Below, one piece after another: positions 59,198-64,000 of a stretch of 64,000 nucleotides of DNA. The stretch is from assembly GCA_951406725.2 (NCBI GenBank), contig OX597826.1:31992001-32056000 (forward strand), read 5' to 3'. The notes beneath the pieces were generated by a model that saw only the letters and a program-made list of their open reading frames with translations, searched no databases and was not told the DNA's origin. Source of the DNA: Octopus vulgaris. Its lineage: Eukaryota. The first letter of the stretch is position 1; each line of letters opens with the position of its first letter. The translations under genes and the position numbers were made by a program.

Positions 59198-59718
59198 TAG
59201 ACCAAAAAAAATTGTGCTGACCTCTGAATGGGAAGACAGAAAATGTTTATCATGCAGCTTTGCAATAAGTTCCAAGTTGACAAATTATATCATTGTTTTG
59301 ATGAAAATTGTTCTTTGCTTGAAAAATATTGGTCAAGTTTAATAAAATTTAACAAGTACTCAATGCAAAGCCCTCCACAGGAGCTAGCTTAAAAGACACC
59401 CAATGGGGTGACTATAGAGATGCCTACACGCATATAAATGTACTTTCGCACAATGCAGTGAGAATGAATTTTGAGTAACCATTAACTTAATTTACTTTAA
59501 GGTATGGATGACCTAAGTTTACTTTTAATCTCCCCATTTTAATAAACACCAGGTAGATAGTTAACTCACTTTGTGATCATGAGTGCACCAAACCTGATGT
59601 GTGAGTATGCTCACGTTTTTGCAGATGCTAGTTTGAGCGAGTGTACTCGCTCCATGCAGTTTGCCTGAGGGCATTTATACATCCATATTTGTTAACGGTT
59701 ATTTTTAATATTTCTCTT

Positions 59719-60027
59719 ACTGGATTGTGTGTTCGTTTCTCTTTTTGTCATCTGTGATTATATTTTTGATCTTTTATATAAATAAAGATATTTCCTCCGC
59801 CTGGCTGCTTTTCTTTCTACAAAACGAAAAGTTGCATTGCAGAACAGTAATTTTAATGAGTAGTGTTTTTTTTGTTTATCACCTGATGAGATACATCTGC
59901 ACCACTGGATGCACCTGAATCAGTTGTTGAGTGTCCCACCCAAGAGGAATTGATGATAGATGTGCCGAAACAATTGTCGTGATTAATAATAAATTCTCGT
60001 ATATTCCATCTTCTGTCTTTCATATGC
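59719..60027 (+). mobile_element. Penelope-like LTR fragment carrying a hammerhead ribozyme
   Basis: Second copy at 33541-33849. Minimal type I hammerheads with a palindromic stem III are characteristic of Penelope-like element LTRs. Confidence 0.7.
59878..59983 (+). ncRNA. Type I hammerhead ribozyme with intact catalytic core
   Basis: Stem I ATCAC (59878-82)/GTGAT (59979-83); CTGATGA 59883-89; stem II GATACATCT/AGATGTGCC (one mismatch) closing a ~59-nt loop; GAAA 59967-70; palindromic CAATTG; GUC cleavage triplet ending at 59978. Confidence 0.85.
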
Positions 60028-60345
60028 TATATATATATATATGTGGTGAAGAACAAAAATCCCAAAAAATAGGATGAGTTAACAACCAATGTAGTTTGCT
60101 TCATAGGGGGAAAGGAATGAGTTAATGAATATGATGCATTTTGAACACTGTTCTTCTGTAAACAGTAGGAAAAGTGGAGTAAAGACCAGCAGAGGCTGGT
60201 ATATATATATATATATATATATACATACATACATATACACATATATATATATATAGATATATATTTATATATATATATGTATGTATGTATGAATGTATAT
60301 ATATATGTATGGATGTGTATATATATATATATATATATGTATGGA

Positions 60346-60397
<52 letters not shown>

Positions 60398-60968
60398 CTT
60401 TTAGCAATTGAAGTATGTCACAAACATATTTTAACTAACCTAAATTTTGATTATGCCTAAACACTGCTTAGTGCTAACATTTCGTTAGATTTATATATGT
60501 GTGTGTGTATGTAAATATATGTGCATGTATGAATGTATGTATTATGTATGTATGTGTGTATTCATGTATATGATTGGCCCATCTCCAATTTCACTATCAA
60601 ATTCACTCATATCATTGCATTGGTCTGGGGCAGTAAAAGAAGACACTTGCCGAAGATGCTGTGCAATGGGACCAAACACAAAACCACATGAGTTGTATCT
60701 GCACTTAATACTGATATTCTACAGTTTCTTCATACTCAAAAACTTCTGGTGGTTACCTTAGCCAGAGAACTTGTTGAAGTTTGATCACAGAGCAACAGAA
60801 ATGAGATTATCATAATAAGAGATACAATATAGTTTGTTGTGAAAATGACAGTAAGTCTAATGCCTGTTTTGTCTGATGATAGTACATGGGTCTACATTTC
60901 TACATGAACAAATGTGTATTTTTACTTATCTACTTTGTGAGATTTCTATGACAACTTCAATAAATATT

Positions 60969-61421
60969 CTTTTCTACTCTAGGCACAAGGCCCATAATTT
61001 TTGAGGAGGTGGCCAGTCGATTAGATCGACCCCAGTGTGCAACTGGTACTTAATTTATCGAACCCAAAAGGATGAAAGGCACAGTCAACTTTGGTGGAAT
61101 TTGAACTCAGAATGTAAAGACAGACCAAATACTGCTAAGCATTTCATCCAGCATGCTAATGTTTCTGTCAGCTCACCACCTTAAAGCATTTAATGGAATG
61201 AATATTCTTTTCTACTTTAGGAATAAGGCCTGAAAGTTTTGGAGAGGTGGCCAGTTGATTAGATTGACCCCCAGTACACAACTGGTACTTAATTTATTGA
61301 CCTCAAAAGAATTAAAGGCAAAGTCGACCTCAGTGGAATTTGAACTCAGAATGTAAAGACAGACGAAATATTGTTAAGCTTTTTGCTTGGCATACTAACA
61401 TTTCTACCAGCTCACTACCTT
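60969..61421 (-). mobile_element. Two head-to-tail family A SINEs inside one TSD
   Basis: Monomers at 60969-61182 and 61207-61421. aacttcaataa(a/g)tatt at 60953-60968 and 61422-61437. Confidence 0.85.
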
Positions 61422-61931
61422 AACTTCAATAAGTATTGGAAAGTCTATACATTCGTGATGAGATTACAATAAAGCCAAAGCATGACTGAAGTTATCTCCC
61501 TTACCGACTGAAATATTTCAGTTAATATTAGTCGCTGATAGTATTGTATAGTTCATATTTTCCTCATGGTGTCATTATTTATAATCAACCATTTCTAAGA
61601 TCTTCTTGCATTGAATATAGAAGCTGAACCGCACACAATATTCTGCTTAATAGAAAATTATTATCTTGATCTGCTCTTCCTCTCTATCCCAAAGTTTTAA
61701 AATGTTTTTAGTTCTTAAAACAAATATTATACGTGCATACACATGAACAGACACACACACACAAACACATACACACACATGCATAAACATGCAAAAACAC
61801 ACATACAAATACACATACATGCACACACTCTGACAAAGAAAAACAAATATATATATATATATACACACACATATATATATATGTACATATATATATATGT
61901 ATATATATGTATATATATGTATATATATATA

Positions 61932-62029
61932 TATATTATATTAAATTAGAGATAAAACCACTATTGGCTTATGTTTTTCATTGTTTGATTTGCCTAATAG
62001 TGGTTTTATCTCTAATTTAATATAATATA
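61932..62029. repeat. Perfect 34-bp inverted repeat with 30-nt loop
   Basis: tatattatattaaattagagataaaaccactatt (61932-61965) / aatagtggttttatctctaatttaatataatata (61996-62029). Confidence 0.9.
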
Positions 62030-62275
62030 ATATAATATATTTATACTATAAAATTGGATTTAATCCTAAATCTGATTTTTCCCTGTAAGTTTGGATTTAT
62101 TCCCTAATATTTTATTATATATATATATATAAGTAGGTGAATGTTTATCGTCAGCATGGATAATTCATTTAACCGATACCTGGGTAGCAAATTCACGTCA
62201 GAAAACACGGTTGAAGCGACCTGTCAAGGGTAGAATATCCAGTTTCTTGTGTAGAAATTTGTACGTTGTATATAG

Positions 62276-62578
62276 ATGAATGAAAGAATGGAGTCGAACG
62301 AAGATGTTAACAAAATTCCTTTACTCTCGACATATTTTTATTCCGAAGGAATAAAAGGTACATTATGCAATCTTCTCATCGGGAAAGATAAGGAGCCTCT
62401 CTCAACTACAGGATGAACAAAAATTTCGATGATTGCCTACATGGTGATCACAGCGATAATCAGAAGATTGCATAATGTACCTTTTATTCCTTCGGAATAA
62501 AAATATGCTGTCTTCGAAACATGTCGAAAGTAAAGGAATTTTGTTAACATCTTCGTTCGACTCCATTCTTTCATTCAT
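62276..62578. mobile_element. ~100-bp inverted repeat, Penelope-like inverted LTR with split hammerhead
   Basis: Arms 62276-62376 and 62462-62578 differ by one substitution and a 16-bp indel. Hammerhead halves are CTTTC-CCGATGA-GAAGA (minus) and TCTTC-GAAACATGTC-GAAAG (plus). Confidence 0.75.
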
Positions 62579-62732
62579 ATATATATATATATATATATAA
62601 GATATAAGATACAGTGTACATTTAAACACTTTAAGAGGTTTCCATCATTAGAATCATTTATGCTAGAAAGAACAGGTAAAGTCCAAGCCACTAATTAGGG
62701 ATAGATTCTCTGATATTATTAATTATATATAT

Positions 62733-62767
<35 letters not shown>

Positions 62768-62985
62768 CTGATATCTGCTGACTGCAATAGTGTGGAGAGC
62801 ATAAATCACAAGCAAAAGAATTCAATTTAGATAAATCATCCATCCATCCGTCCATCCATACATACATCTCTTGCTCTCTCTCTCTCTCTCTATGTGTATG
62901 TATATATATATCTCTTTCTTTCTCTCTTTCTCTCTCTATATATATATATTTATATATATGTACATATATAAATATATACACACAT

Positions 62986-63020
<35 letters not shown>

Positions 63021-63813
63021 CAAGCACATATATGTATGCATATATATATGCATATACATACATATATATATATATTTACATATATACATATATATATATA
63101 TGTATATATATCTATACATATACATGTACATATATATATACACACACACATATACATATATACACACAGCCACACACCCACACATAATGCACACATGAAT
63201 ACCTATATATTCATAAGTGTGTCTTTGTGTGTGAAAAAGAGAGAAGGCATGTCTGTGTAGATGTGAATTTGTGAATGCTTATATGGATTATATATTGGCT
63301 GGACAAAAACATTGAGCAAGCCATATTAATTACGAACAAAACAAAACAAAACAAAACAAAAACCAGCATGATCTGGACTCAACAGACAAGAATGAGCATG
63401 ATGAATAAGATGGGTGTTTGCAAGAGCAACAGTCACAATTGTAAATTGAGACCATTTAAAATCTTTAACAACTACTGGAGACATGGAATCTAAATTCTGG
63501 TGTTAAATTTTTCAAGGAAACTAATAACTGCCAAATTCTATTGAAATGAAAATTTTTGCATAAGAGACATGTGAGTTTCAAAATTAATGCCTGATTAATG
63601 AGGGTTGAACATAGATATGAGATAATGATGTATACTGTCTGTGGTAGTAAAAAAAGTTTAAAAAACGGGGAAAAAATGCCTTAGCAAAATTTTAAAGATT
63701 CAGAAAAAACATTAGAAGTTGTAACCATATTATATATATATATATATATTATATAAATCCTTAAATCCTTAAAAATGTTTTAGCCCGAAGGCCGCAGCAA
63801 TGCTGGGGCACCA

Positions 63814-63846
<33 letters not shown>

Positions 63847-63948
63847 AATATATAAATATATAAATATATATACATATACATACATACATATATATATATA
63901 TATATGAATATCTATAGATAGATATATATGTAAATATATATATATGTG

Positions 63949-64000
<52 letters not shown>

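Overview
Eukaryotic, very AT-rich, microsatellite-laden DNA. The SINE families and repeat landscape strongly suggest an octopus (coleoid cephalopod); this is inferred from recognition, not from a search. The only credible host gene is the 3' part of a protocadherin on the minus strand. It has a 142-nt cytoplasmic exon (41126-40985, SDSGRGGSEED CM1-like motif) and a terminal exon (5111-4654, ends ...KDVIV*). The two are phase-compatible across a ~35.9 kb intron. The cadherin-repeat/TM exon is not in the window and must lie more than 22.8 kb upstream. The introns hold several tRNA-derived SINE families (some with clear TSDs), decayed RTE LINE fragments, a DD37D (maT) transposon relic, MITEs and a 2.1 kb (AT)n tract. 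The most unusual signal is a set of Penelope-type minimal hammerhead ribozymes. One has an intact core (59878-59983). One is fused behind a tRNA-like Pol III head (retrozyme-like, 13733-14061). One is split across the arms of an inverted repeat. Nearly all ORFs in the supplied track are microsatellite artefacts.
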